Assembly (NCBI GenBank): GCA_017134395.1
Contig: CP070993.1
Span: forward strand, 23,231-87,230
Source: Candidatus Kaiserbacteria bacterium
GTDB taxonomy: Bacteria > Patescibacteriota > Minisyncoccia > Phycocordibacterales > UBA2100
Length of the DNA: 64,000 nt
Direction: 5' to 3'
A model generated the notes under the pieces. It was not told the origin of the DNA. It saw only the letters and a program-made list of their open reading frames with translations, and did no database searches. Positions 43,537-53,099 of this stretch are shown piece by piece. The translations under genes were made by a program, and so were the position numbers. Within the stretch, counting starts at the first letter, position 1. Every line of letters starts with the position of its first letter.

Positions 43537-44676
43537 ATGGATTACGGAGAGGAATCAATAAAGCAGCACGACAAAAAAGGTGGAAAAATTCGTATAGAAA
43601 GTACGTTTCCAGTTACTAATACGAAAGAGTTATCCGTTGCCTATACTCCTGGAATTGCAGCGGTATCTCAAGAAATAGCTAAAAACCCAGACCGTGCACG
43701 TGATCTCATCGCAACGAAAAAGATGGTTGCAGTTATTACAGACGGCTCCGCGGTACTTGGTCTAGGTAACATTGGTCCAGTCGCAGCATTGCCGGTTATG
43801 GAAGGCAAATGTGCACTATTTAAGACGTTTGCTGATGTTGATGCATTTCCTATTGCTCTTGATACACAAGACGTAGATGAGATTGTAGACACTATCACAC
43901 ATATCGCACCTACTTTTGGTGGTATTAACCTAGAGGATATTTCAGCACCACGTTGTTTTGAAATAGAGGAGCGACTACGAAATGCACTTGATATTCCGGT
44001 GTTCCACGATGATCAGCACGGAACAGCTATTGTTGTCCTCGCAGGTCTCCTTAATGCGCTTAAGGTAACACACAAAAAGAAGGAAGAGGTAAAGATTGTA
44101 GTAACCGGCTCCGGCGCTGCGGGTATTGCGATTGTCGCTTTGTTACAAAAAGCAGGATTCCCACGAGTAACTATTGTTGACGGTGGCGGCATTGTTTCTA
44201 AATGTCGTGAAGACTTGAATGTTGCACAAGAGAAGATTCTAGAGTGCTGTGCGATTAGTGAGATTTGTGGCGGCCTCGAAGAGTCGGTAGTGGGTAAGGA
44301 TGTATTTATTGGCGTTTCTGCGGGAAATATCTTAACCAAAGAAATGGTGTCGACTATGAACGATAATCCGATTATTTTTGCACTTGCAAATCCTACACCC
44401 GAGATAGAACCAGAGTTAGCTCTTAGTGCAGGAGCTGCTGTTGTGGCTACAGGTCGTTCAGATCATCCAAATCAGGTAAACAATGCATTAGTATTCCCCG
44501 GTGTATTTAAAGGCGCTCTAGACGCACAGGTAGCGCAGATTACTGATTATATGAAATTAGCTGCCGCCGAGGCACTGGCAGCGCTAGTGTCTGAGCCAAC
44601 GGCTGAAAAGATTATTCCGGGACCATTTGACGAAGGCATTGTTGAGGCGATTTCAAATGCAGTTAAGAATTCTTAA
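43537..44676 (+). CDS. NAD(P)-dependent malic enzyme (short bacterial form)
   Basis: LSVAYTPGIAAV, VITDGSAVLGLGNIG, VMEGKCALFK and the NAD-binding GSGAAGIAI motif. Extended -10 TGgTATACT at 43520-43528 sits 8 nt before the ATG (leaderless). Confidence 0.85.
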   Translation: MDYGEESIKQHDKKGGKIRIESTFPVTNTKELSVAYTPGIAAVSQEIAKNPDRARDLIATKKMVAVITDGSAVLGLGNIGPVAALPVMEGKCALFKTFADVDAFPIALDTQDVDEIVDTITHIAPTFGGINLEDISAPRCFEIEERLRNALDIPVFHDDQHGTAIVVLAGLLNALKVTHKKKEEVKIVVTGSGAAGIAIVALLQKAGFPRVTIVDGGGIVSKCREDLNVAQEKILECCAISEICGGLEESVVGKDVFIGVSAGNILTKEMVSTMNDNPIIFALANPTPEIEPELALSAGAAVVATGRSDHPNQVNNALVFPGVFKGALDAQVAQITDYMKLAAAEALAALVSEPTAEKIIPGPFDEGIVEAISNAVKNS

Positions 44677-44804
44677 ATTCTAAATCGGGTGTAGGGTTTT
44701 TAGGCTTATACAGAGACTCGTTTTTCAGTATATATGGAGTATAAAAAATAGGCCGCAATGGTAGTCGCGACCTATATTTCTGAATGAACATAAGAGAGGG
44801 CATC

Positions 44805-45155
44805 TTACTCACCATATGAAATGTTGTACGTCATGAGACCGCATTGAACAACTTCAACGATATGAGCGATTTTCTCAGGTTCCGATGGAGATAAAATTAG
44901 TGCTTGAGCACACATCCAACGAAGATGGGAAGTAAGTCGCAGTGGATAATCCTCCCAGAGATCAAAGAAAAGTAACTCTCGCTGACGATTCCAATTGTCG
45001 ACTTGCCACAATTTCCACTGTTCTGCGACGGGCTGTATTGGTGGGAGATCCTCGTTGTTGTTTACTGGAAGCACAAGGTTCTTTTGAATATTCACAAGTG
45101 CTTTGTCGAGCTCTTGCGCTTGCTCAATTTTTGATAGCAATTGTACCATCGTCAC
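44805..45155 (-). CDS. hypothetical protein (116 aa)
   Basis: SD GGAAGGA 9 nt before the ATG. No recognisable domain. Terminator-like hairpin downstream at about 44745-44775. Confidence 0.4.
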   Translation of the reverse strand: MTMVQLLSKIEQAQELDKALVNIQKNLVLPVNNNEDLPPIQPVAEQWKLWQVDNWNRQRELLFFDLWEDYPLRLTSHLRWMCAQALILSPSEPEKIAHIVEVVQCGLMTYNISYGE

Positions 45156-45287
45156 TATCCTTCCGTTGCTTTTTATTCTATATACAAACTACCAAACAGA
45201 GGGTGGTCCTGCAAACGTTGTGGGTGCTCAGTTATCTTTTCGAGGTCGATAGTTCGACACACCCAAAGGCTTCTATATACTAGTGTA

Positions 45288-48200
45288 ATGGTACGAGCTC
45301 GAACGACTCCAGAATTTAATAAAAGCTACGCAATGCTTAATGGAGAGCAACGCAAGGCAGTAGATACTATCGAAGGCCCAGTCATGGTTATTGCGGGTCC
45401 TGGAACAGGTAAGACTCAGATACTTACGCTGCGAATTGCTAATATTCTCAAAGAAACTGATGCTGATCCATCGTCTATTCTTGCGCTTACGTTTACTGAA
45501 GCGGGTGTCGCAGCGATGCGAAAGCGTCTTGTGTCTATGATAGGTTCAGACGCATATCGTGTTGCCATCCATACGTTCCACGGCTTTTGTAACATGACCA
45601 TTCAGAGGTTTCCTGAAGATTTTCCACGTCTCATTAGTTCAGAGCAAATTACTGATATCGATCAAATTTTACTGATGCGGGAGATTATCGAAAAAAGAGA
45701 CCACCTTAATCTGCTACGACCATTCCACGACAACTTTGCGTACGCTAAGAAGAGTCTGAACGCAATTAGCGACCTCAAGAGTGAATATATTGAGCCACAA
45801 GAGTTTAAAGAGAGAGTTGAACTGAGTGAGAAGAATTTTTTAGCGCAAGACGATTTGTATAACGAAAAAGGTGCTTACAAAGGCAAGATGAAGACAGTTC
45901 ATCAGAAAACGCAGAAGAGTATTGAAAAAAATAAGGAGTTGGTAGAGCTTTACGAAGCATACGAGGAAGCACTGCGCGATAGGAAGCTTTACGACTACAA
46001 CGATATGATAAGTGTCGCGGTACGTCGATTAGATGAGGATAGAGACGTACTACAGCGATTACAGGAAGAATATCAGTATGTTTTGGCAGATGAGCACCAA
46101 GACGCGAATGCATCACAAAACCGTTTGCTCGAGTTGCTTGTGGATTTTCATGAGGAACCTAACTTGTTTATTGTTGGTGATGAGAAGCAGGCCATTTACC
46201 GTTTTCAAGGTGCATCGCTAGAGAACTTTTTGTACTTCAAGAACAAGTACCCAAACGCACAGGTGGTTGAACTTAAGCATTCGTATCGTTCTGGTCAGAA
46301 AATACTCGACGTCGCCCACAGTGTTATTGACTCATCTGATGACGAAATAGAACGCGTTGCACTTGAGTCACGTGCTGCTATAGAGAAAGAAGCAGCAGAA
46401 GTTCGTGTTTTTGGTTCTGATGAAACCGAAGCATTGTGGGTTGCTCGTGATATTGAGAAGCATATTGGTGAAGGAGTTGCACCCGATGAGATTGCAGTTC
46501 TTTATCGAACTAATGCAGACGCAGCGTATATTGCCAGAGCACTTGAACGTGAGCGTATCGGCTATTCTATAGAGTCCAATCGCAACATTCTGGATGACAC
46601 AAGCATTGCACAATTCGTTGCACTTCTGCGCACAGTTGCTGACTTTGGGAATAAGGAGTTGGTATCCCAAGTACTACATGTGCGGTTTCTTGGGTTTGAG
46701 CCTATAGATATTTTTAAGGTACTAAAATATAGCTCTCGTAATAGGATTCCAGTATATGACTGTATATTCTCAGAAAAGAAGCTAAAAGATATTGGAGTTA
46801 CTGATGTAAAGCAGTTTTCTGTATTTGCCAAGCGATTGTCGAAATGGGCGCAAGCCGGGAATAACGACCCAGTAACAGATGTGTTTAATTTAGTGCTCGA
46901 CGAATCAGGTTTTCTTACCACTGCACTAAACTCTTCTCGTTCAGTAGAAATGCTCGAGAAACTCCACTCGTTAGCTCGTACTGTAGAAGAGCTTGCAAGA
47001 GGTAACCGAGTATATAAATTGAAAGACCTTATAGCGCATCTCGACTTGATGGACGAGTACAATATATCTATAAAGCAATCAGCTGGTGTGCAGCACGCGC
47101 GTCGTGGAGTGCGTCTCATGACAGCGCACAAGTCTAAAGGTTTGGAGTTTGACTATGTGTATCTGGTAGGCGCATGGGATACGCACTGGGGGAATAAACG
47201 GAAGATGTCTAGCTTCACACTTCCCATTGACGGACCGGCAAATCAGGATAATGCAGACGAAAGAAGGCTTTTCTATGTAGCGCTTACGAGAGCACGTTCA
47301 CGTGTAAGTGTTAGTTACGGAAGAGTATCTCAGAGTGGTAAAGATAGGTTGCCTTCTCAGTTTGTTGAGGAGATGAATGATTCATATAAAGAGAATGTAG
47401 ACGAAAGTGCGTTTGAAGAAGGTTTGTCGCCAGAAGTATTTTTGCAGGCAAAGCCAGATGTAAAAAGTCTTTCAGTAGCTGACAGTGAATATCTGAAAGA
47501 GTTATTTGTTGAGCAAGGACTTTCGGTGACTGCGCTGAATAATTATCTTACATGCCCATGGCAGTACTTTTATAGTAACCTCGTACGTATTCCAAAAATA
47601 CCTACCAAGTATATGACATTAGGTACTGCGGTAGACAGAGCACTGAAAACTTTCTTTATTCACCATCAAAATAGCGAAGTAACGAAAGATATGTTGCTGG
47701 ATGCATATGAAAAAGCTCTTGAGCAGACATCTCTCTCTGGGAATGCATTTACCGAAATGTACGAGCAAGGACATGATGCACTTTCTGGATGGTTTGATAC
47801 GTACAATGGAACGTGGTGTAAGGAAACACTAAATGCATATAAGATTGATTTAACGATACCGCTTTCTCTAGAATTGCTTCCAAATATTCGAGTGCGTGGA
47901 GAATTGGATAAAGCAGAAGTATATGCTGACGGTATTACGGTAGTAGATTACAAAACAGGGAAGCCTAAATCTAGAAATCATATAACAGGTGGCACTAAGG
48001 CAGTTGGTTCAGGAAACTATTTTAGACAGCTCGTCTTTTATCGGATGCTTATCGACGCGCAGGATAAATATAAAATGAAGAATGCGGTACTAGACTTCAT
48101 ACAGCCAAAAGAAAACGGAACGTACGTACGTGAAGAGTTTACTATTACGCAGGACGACGTAGATGTACTCCTAAAAGAAATAGAAAAAATGTCGACAGAG

Positions 48201-48290
48201 GTTTTAAATCTATCGTTCTGGGATGAGCGTTGCGACGCACACAAAAAAGGGGATTGTGAGTATTGTAAGTTGCGAGAATTGATGCAATAA
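45288..48290 (+). CDS. UvrD/PcrA-family SF1 helicase fused to a C-terminal Cas4/AddB-like PD-(D/E)XK nuclease with a 4-Cys Fe-S cluster
   Basis: Helicase motifs AGPGTGKT (I), VLADEHQD (II), VGDEKQAIYRFQGA (III), TAHKSKGLEFDYVYL (V) and YVALTRAR (VI). C-terminus has ...CPWQYFY..., VVDYKTGK (nuclease D-x-K), QLVFY and CDAHKKGDCEYC. TATACT at 45276-45281 lies 6 nt before ATG 45288 (leaderless). The listed start 45141 is an upstream TTG. Confidence 0.8.
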   Translation: MVRARTTPEFNKSYAMLNGEQRKAVDTIEGPVMVIAGPGTGKTQILTLRIANILKETDADPSSILALTFTEAGVAAMRKRLVSMIGSDAYRVAIHTFHGFCNMTIQRFPEDFPRLISSEQITDIDQILLMREIIEKRDHLNLLRPFHDNFAYAKKSLNAISDLKSEYIEPQEFKERVELSEKNFLAQDDLYNEKGAYKGKMKTVHQKTQKSIEKNKELVELYEAYEEALRDRKLYDYNDMISVAVRRLDEDRDVLQRLQEEYQYVLADEHQDANASQNRLLELLVDFHEEPNLFIVGDEKQAIYRFQGASLENFLYFKNKYPNAQVVELKHSYRSGQKILDVAHSVIDSSDDEIERVALESRAAIEKEAAEVRVFGSDETEALWVARDIEKHIGEGVAPDEIAVLYRTNADAAYIARALERERIGYSIESNRNILDDTSIAQFVALLRTVADFGNKELVSQVLHVRFLGFEPIDIFKVLKYSSRNRIPVYDCIFSEKKLKDIGVTDVKQFSVFAKRLSKWAQAGNNDPVTDVFNLVLDESGFLTTALNSSRSVEMLEKLHSLARTVEELARGNRVYKLKDLIAHLDLMDEYNISIKQSAGVQHARRGVRLMTAHKSKGLEFDYVYLVGAWDTHWGNKRKMSSFTLPIDGPANQDNADERRLFYVALTRARSRVSVSYGRVSQSGKDRLPSQFVEEMNDSYKENVDESAFEEGLSPEVFLQAKPDVKSLSVADSEYLKELFVEQGLSVTALNNYLTCPWQYFYSNLVRIPKIPTKYMTLGTAVDRALKTFFIHHQNSEVTKDMLLDAYEKALEQTSLSGNAFTEMYEQGHDALSGWFDTYNGTWCKETLNAYKIDLTIPLSLELLPNIRVRGELDKAEVYADGITVVDYKTGKPKSRNHITGGTKAVGSGNYFRQLVFYRMLIDAQDKYKMKNAVLDFIQPKENGTYVREEFTITQDDVDVLLKEIEKMSTEVLNLSFWDERCDAHKKGDCEYCKLRELMQ

Positions 48291-48322
48291 AAAATGCCTC
48301 ACATTGTGAGGCATTTTTTATT
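48291..48322. terminator. Bidirectional rho-independent terminator
   Basis: AAAATGCCTCACA-TTG-TGTGAGGCATTTT followed by TTATTG. Confidence 0.8.
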
Positions 48323-48337
48323 GTCGGTTAAATCTAC

Positions 48338-49036
48338 TTACTGTGCCAAAAGTTGGTCGATGATCTGCGAAAGACCTTCAACTGATTGACCTCCTTCGAG
48401 TGGGTACTGCTCACCATTTACAAGAAGAATGTTGTGAGGAGTTCCACGTCCACCTGCCGCGATTACTTCGTTGTAATCTGCGTCCACTCGCTCTTGCATG
48501 TCACCGCTGTCGAGACATTGTGTGAACGCTGCCGCATCAAGACCAACGTGCGTTGCGATCTTTGGAAGTTCATCCATGCTGAGTCCGTTGTTCGATGGAG
48601 TAACTTCGTATAAACGGTCTGTGTATGCCCAGAACCCTTCGTTTCCTCCAAGTTCAGCTGCACATTCAAGTGCTTCAGCTTGCTTAGGTGCGTTTGGGTG
48701 AAGCTGCGGAATTGGGAAGTTTCGGTATACCCATGCAACTTCACTTGCCTCATACTTGCTTGTAATTTCTTTAAGAGTTTCGTGATGGTTTTTACAGAAT
48801 GGACATTCTGTATCTGAGTATTCGACAATCACTACTTTTGCATCAGCATTTCCCACAATGTGGTCATCTGCTTGTACTTCTGCAATAGGAACTGCTGGTT
48901 GACCAGCGTCCGGTGCTCCTGCAGGCCCTGTACTTGGTGATCCTGCACCACCAGCGAAGTAAAGAGCTCCGGCGATAAGAGCTCCAGCCGCAACGATGGC
49001 AATAGGAGTTCCGAGGTTCATTTTTTGTTCTGACAT
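48338..49036 (-). CDS. DsbA-like thiol:disulfide oxidoreductase, membrane-anchored
   Basis: N-terminal TM helix, a thioredoxin fold and a CPFC active site. Confidence 0.7.
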   Translation of the reverse strand: MSEQKMNLGTPIAIVAAGALIAGALYFAGGAGSPSTGPAGAPDAGQPAVPIAEVQADDHIVGNADAKVVIVEYSDTECPFCKNHHETLKEITSKYEASEVAWVYRNFPIPQLHPNAPKQAEALECAAELGGNEGFWAYTDRLYEVTPSNNGLSMDELPKIATHVGLDAAAFTQCLDSGDMQERVDADYNEVIAAGGRGTPHNILLVNGEQYPLEGGQSVEGLSQIIDQLLAQ

Positions 49037-49080
49037 AGTATTATCCTAAAATTGATTAATGTTGTAGGATTGTATCATAC

Positions 49081-49905
49081 ATGCTTGAGGCTGCCATTTT
49101 TTCACATATTGCATTGGGAATCGTACAGGGATTAACAGAATTCCTGCCCATTTCTTCATCCGGACATCTTATCCTGACACATCAGTTATTAGGTTCTGTT
49201 GGTGATTTCGATTTGGCGTTTGATGCGTTACTGCATTTCGCTACTGCCACTGCAATTGTTGTTTATTTTTGGAGAGATATTTATACGCTCATTCTTTCGG
49301 CACTTGCGATTCCTAGGAAACTGCTTTCTCGTCAGAATCTTGCTGCTAATGAGGAGGTTGTTTTAGCACTTGTTGCAGGAACAATTCCGGCGGTTATATT
49401 AGGACTCGTTTTAGAAGAAAGCATGGCGACACTCTTTCGTAACCCATTGTTAGTAGCAGGAGCACTTATTTTTGGGTCAGCGATTATGTTTTCAGCCGAA
49501 CGATACACTGGTCTACTTACCAGGTTTACGTCAGTAGCTTATGGATGGAAGCGCGGTCTTATAATTGGACTTTTCCAATCGTTAGCGCTGATCCCTGGAA
49601 CAAGTCGCTCTGGGATGACTATTTCAGCCGGTATGCTTTTTGGTATGGCACGAGGCGAAGCAGCGCGATTTGGATTCTTGCTTGGCGTACCGCTACTACT
49701 AGGTGCTGGAGCAAAAAAAGCACTTGAGCTTGGGATAGGGGAGATAACTATTCATATGATAACGGGAACAGTGACTGCGTTCATTGTTGCTCTTTTGGTA
49801 ATTCACTTATTGCTCAAGTTCCTACAAAACAATACGTTATACGTATTCATTGTGTATAGGTTGTTACTTGCGGCAGGAATAGTTCTCGCCACCCTTCTTT
49901 TTTAG
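49081..49905 (+). CDS. uppP: undecaprenyl-diphosphate phosphatase
   Basis: SRSGMTISAGMLFGMARGEAARFGFLLGVP and other BacA/UppP motifs; about 8 TM. -10 TATCAT sits 2 nt before the ATG. Confidence 0.85.
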   Translation: MLEAAIFSHIALGIVQGLTEFLPISSSGHLILTHQLLGSVGDFDLAFDALLHFATATAIVVYFWRDIYTLILSALAIPRKLLSRQNLAANEEVVLALVAGTIPAVILGLVLEESMATLFRNPLLVAGALIFGSAIMFSAERYTGLLTRFTSVAYGWKRGLIIGLFQSLALIPGTSRSGMTISAGMLFGMARGEAARFGFLLGVPLLLGAGAKKALELGIGEITIHMITGTVTAFIVALLVIHLLLKFLQNNTLYVFIVYRLLLAAGIVLATLLF

Positions 49906-49910
49906 GAATA

Positions 49911-50486
49911 TTAAAAAGGTAATGTGTGAGTGAGTGATGAGTCTTCCTTTTCCTCCCAGTCTTTTGTATCGAGTAGAATATCTTTCATTTTTCCAAGGTC
50001 TGCATATTTCACTTTTCCATTTTTAAGAGCGTAATCGTAAATGTCTTTTGTGACTTTTACATCTTGAATACAGTAGTCGATAACTTTTTGACGTTCGCCG
50101 TCTCTCCACCACTTAATTGCTTGGAGTCCATTTCCGCTCTTCTGTGTTCCAAGGGTTGCTTTGGCAACTGAATCGAGCTTTATACGCCGTCCGAGAGAAC
50201 CATGGATTTCTTTTAGTAAGTCTAGACTTTTTATGTGAGTAAGATCACCAGGGTAGTATTTATTAAGTAGTGGAATATCAAAATGATCTGAGTTATAACC
50301 GATGAGCATATCGGCGCTTTCTATGTATTTCCACAGATCAGCGAAATCTTCTTGCAGGAAAGACAGATACTGGTCTGTTTCTGAGTCATGAATACATACA
50401 ACTGATATATCCAAAGCTGCCGGATCGCCTGAACCAACATCAGAAAATAGGTTACTCGTTTCAATGTCAAAAACGATTTTGCGCAT
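49911..50486 (-). CDS. DEDDy-type 3'-5' exonuclease-fold protein (RNase H-like; YprB/PolB-exonuclease-like)
   Basis: Exo motifs FDIETSN (I), YNSDHFDIPLL (II) and YCIQDVKVT (III). Confidence 0.55.
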   Translation of the reverse strand: MRKIVFDIETSNLFSDVGSGDPAALDISVVCIHDSETDQYLSFLQEDFADLWKYIESADMLIGYNSDHFDIPLLNKYYPGDLTHIKSLDLLKEIHGSLGRRIKLDSVAKATLGTQKSGNGLQAIKWWRDGERQKVIDYCIQDVKVTKDIYDYALKNGKVKYADLGKMKDILLDTKDWEEKEDSSLTHTLPF

Positions 50487-50514
50487 GTGCGAGAGTATAC
50501 CACACTAGGTGTGG

Positions 50515-51777
50515 CTAGATTTCTTGTGTAAATATGTGATCAGCAACAGCGTCGACAGGTAGTTCTTTTTGGTCGCCACTAGAAAGGTGCTTTACTGTAA
50601 GAGTTTCGCTTTCCATTTCTTGTTTGCCAATACAGCTTACGAAAGGAATTCCTTTCTTATCCGCCATCTTTATTTGATCACCTGCTTTTTTATACGAATA
50701 GTTTACTGCAACGTTCATATCTTGTTCTCGAAGTGTTTGTGCAACAGAGTCAGAAAATTGGGCCGCTGACTCATCAAGGACGCAAAGCATTATGTCTGTT
50801 GGTGATACGTATTCAGGAAGAAGATTATGTGTTTCAAGGAAATCTTTGATAGTAACGTCTCCCATGCCAAAACCTACCGTTGGAATTTTATCGGTTCCGA
50901 ATATTTCTAAGAGATTGTCGTAGCGACCACCACCAAATAGTGAGCGGTTGTTTTCTGGAGAAGTGTCGAACACTTCGAAAACCATACCTGTGTAGTAATC
51001 GAAGCCTCTTGTAATAGAAGTATCTATAACGACATTCTCAATCCCAAGTCCTTTAAGGCGTTCACGAAGTTCTTCAAGAAGTACGTTACTTGCTGCACTG
51101 TCTAGAAGTTCTAATAAAATAGTTGCTTTCTCGCCAGTAAGTGCTGTTAGCTCGCTTTCGAAGTTGTCTATCTTTGCGCGTCGATCCAGTAACGACACAA
51201 TACCTTTACGAGTTCCTGCATCAATATCTGCTTCGTCAAAGATGCTATCAAATACACGTCGGTCGTTTAGCCGAATTTCGAAATCCTCATTAGAAGCACC
51301 AAAAGCTTTCATTAAGGAGTTTGCGAGAGTAATTATTTCAGAATCAGCTTCTATTCCAGAGAGGCCAAAAAGGTCTGCATTAAGTTGCCAGAATTCTCGG
51401 AGGCGTCCTCGTTGCATACGCTCGTATCGAAAGCAGTTTGGTGTTGAGTACCAACGTAATGGGAAACCAAGCTCTCGTTGTTGTCGTGCAACCATGCGAG
51501 CAACGGTAGGTGTCATTTCAGGTCGTAGCGTTACTTCACGACCACCTCTGTCTTCAAACGTATACGTTTGCTCGTTCACTATCTCGTCGCTAGTTTTGCT
51601 TTTGTATAACTCAGAAGGTTCTAGTATAGAAGCGGCGTAAGGTTCGTATCCAAATCCTTCGCATACCTGTGCCCATGTATTAAGAATGTAGTCGTGGATA
51701 AATTTATCGCGTGGATAAAAATCGCGTACTCCTTTGTAGCTGTCAGTTGAGAGTTTCATTAAACGCAATAGTAGCAA
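50515..51777 (-). CDS. hisS: histidine--tRNA ligase
   Basis: RDFYPRDKFIHDYI, LRPEMTPTVARM and the class II motifs, with an anticodon-binding C-terminus. Confidence 0.9.
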   Translation of the reverse strand: MLLLRLMKLSTDSYKGVRDFYPRDKFIHDYILNTWAQVCEGFGYEPYAASILEPSELYKSKTSDEIVNEQTYTFEDRGGREVTLRPEMTPTVARMVARQQRELGFPLRWYSTPNCFRYERMQRGRLREFWQLNADLFGLSGIEADSEIITLANSLMKAFGASNEDFEIRLNDRRVFDSIFDEADIDAGTRKGIVSLLDRRAKIDNFESELTALTGEKATILLELLDSAASNVLLEELRERLKGLGIENVVIDTSITRGFDYYTGMVFEVFDTSPENNRSLFGGGRYDNLLEIFGTDKIPTVGFGMGDVTIKDFLETHNLLPEYVSPTDIMLCVLDESAAQFSDSVAQTLREQDMNVAVNYSYKKAGDQIKMADKKGIPFVSCIGKQEMESETLTVKHLSSGDQKELPVDAVADHIFTQEI

Positions 51778-51828
51778 AAAAGCATAGTTCTGTCTTGCTA
51801 ATTGCTTAAGGTTATATACTATTTAATT

Positions 51829-53097
51829 ATGAAAAAGATTTATCTAATTGTAGCTTTAGTTTTTTTAATAGCCCTACCTTCTCAAGGTAATGCTGCTGAG
51901 TATTACGAATGTTTTGTCACTGCAGATGTAACAAGAGGTACTGAATGTAGTAATTTAGGGGGAGTAGCACATTCTTGTCAGTTGTATGGGGGGTATAGTG
52001 GTTCAGGAGTACCTTCGGAATGTTCGAGTACTTGTTTACAACGTAGTGGCATTCCAGAACATTGTGCATCTGTAACAGTCCGTCCGTCTAATAACCCGGA
52101 AGCACACCAAGGGAGAAATCAGATTCAGGATGAAATAGGAATTGATATAGACTCTTTAAAGGGGATTGAAGCTGAAGTTCGCGATCGGCTTGCTGGTTTA
52201 GAGAATGAAATAAATACGGAAGATGGTGTAGATGCTGAAGAAGTTCAGTATGTTGTTGGGAAAATAGTAGAAGCAATTAACGATATTCTAAAGGAGCGTT
52301 CCTTGAGTGCTGTTGATGTAGTTAAAGATAAGGTTGTAGAGGCAAAAGAGAAAATTATAAATATACTCCCTGGAGATAATTCTGATGCAGACGACGGGAT
52401 AACGGATTTTGATTTTGAAGAAGAAGATCCTTTTGCTGCGACTGGGTTAGATGCTGTTAAACCTGGAGGATACGATTTTGATACATGGCCAGATGAGAAC
52501 GGAACAAAGATAGCTAAAATAGTTGATGCATACGGAATCGAAAGGTATACAAGTGACGGGGAGCACTTCTATGACAAACCGTACGATGCTGCACATTCAG
52601 GTTCTGGAGTTAGTGCAGTATGGAATGGTGCAAAAGATACTCTTTCGGATGTAGGAGATTGGTTCTGGAAAACAAAAGACGCAGATAAAAATAAACAACT
52701 TCAAGATGATATTGCACGCGAAGTACTTTCAGATACCAAGAGTAAAAAAGAGAAGGACGTAGAGAAAGCATATGAAAAATATGCTGACAAAATAAAAACT
52801 CCAATGTTTGGAGATGTTCCTGCCAAGGCTGTCATAGAGGTTATGAAAGAGGTTTCTGAAAAAGACTTCGCTTCAGCTGCCCAAGTTTATATAGAGGAAA
52901 GAGAGAAGGGTAATTCTCCAGCTGTTATACGCGAGAATAATTCTACTACTCTTTCAGAGGGATATGGTACTTTCGGGAATCAAGGAGGAGTATCTCAAGT
53001 TACTGCAAATAAATATGCTCCAGCAGTTTTGTATGCTCGATACGAAGAAGTCTACCAGCGATACGAAATTGCTAAAGAACTCGGACGAACAGAGTAA
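51829..53097 (+). CDS. hypothetical secreted protein with an N-terminal 6-Cys module and an acidic central region
   Basis: Signal peptide MKKIYLIVALVFLIALPSQGNAAE. No recognisable domain. Confidence 0.5.
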   Translation: MKKIYLIVALVFLIALPSQGNAAEYYECFVTADVTRGTECSNLGGVAHSCQLYGGYSGSGVPSECSSTCLQRSGIPEHCASVTVRPSNNPEAHQGRNQIQDEIGIDIDSLKGIEAEVRDRLAGLENEINTEDGVDAEEVQYVVGKIVEAINDILKERSLSAVDVVKDKVVEAKEKIINILPGDNSDADDGITDFDFEEEDPFAATGLDAVKPGGYDFDTWPDENGTKIAKIVDAYGIERYTSDGEHFYDKPYDAAHSGSGVSAVWNGAKDTLSDVGDWFWKTKDADKNKQLQDDIAREVLSDTKSKKEKDVEKAYEKYADKIKTPMFGDVPAKAVIEVMKEVSEKDFASAAQVYIEEREKGNSPAVIRENNSTTLSEGYGTFGNQGGVSQVTANKYAPAVLYARYEEVYQRYEIAKELGRTE

Positions 53098-53099
53098 AT

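Noticed and set aside
43495-45287. Upstream starts listed for the malic enzyme (43495) and the helicase (45141)
   Set aside because: Conserved N-termini begin at 43537 and 45288. The upstream portions contain the -10 elements and lack similarity to homologs.
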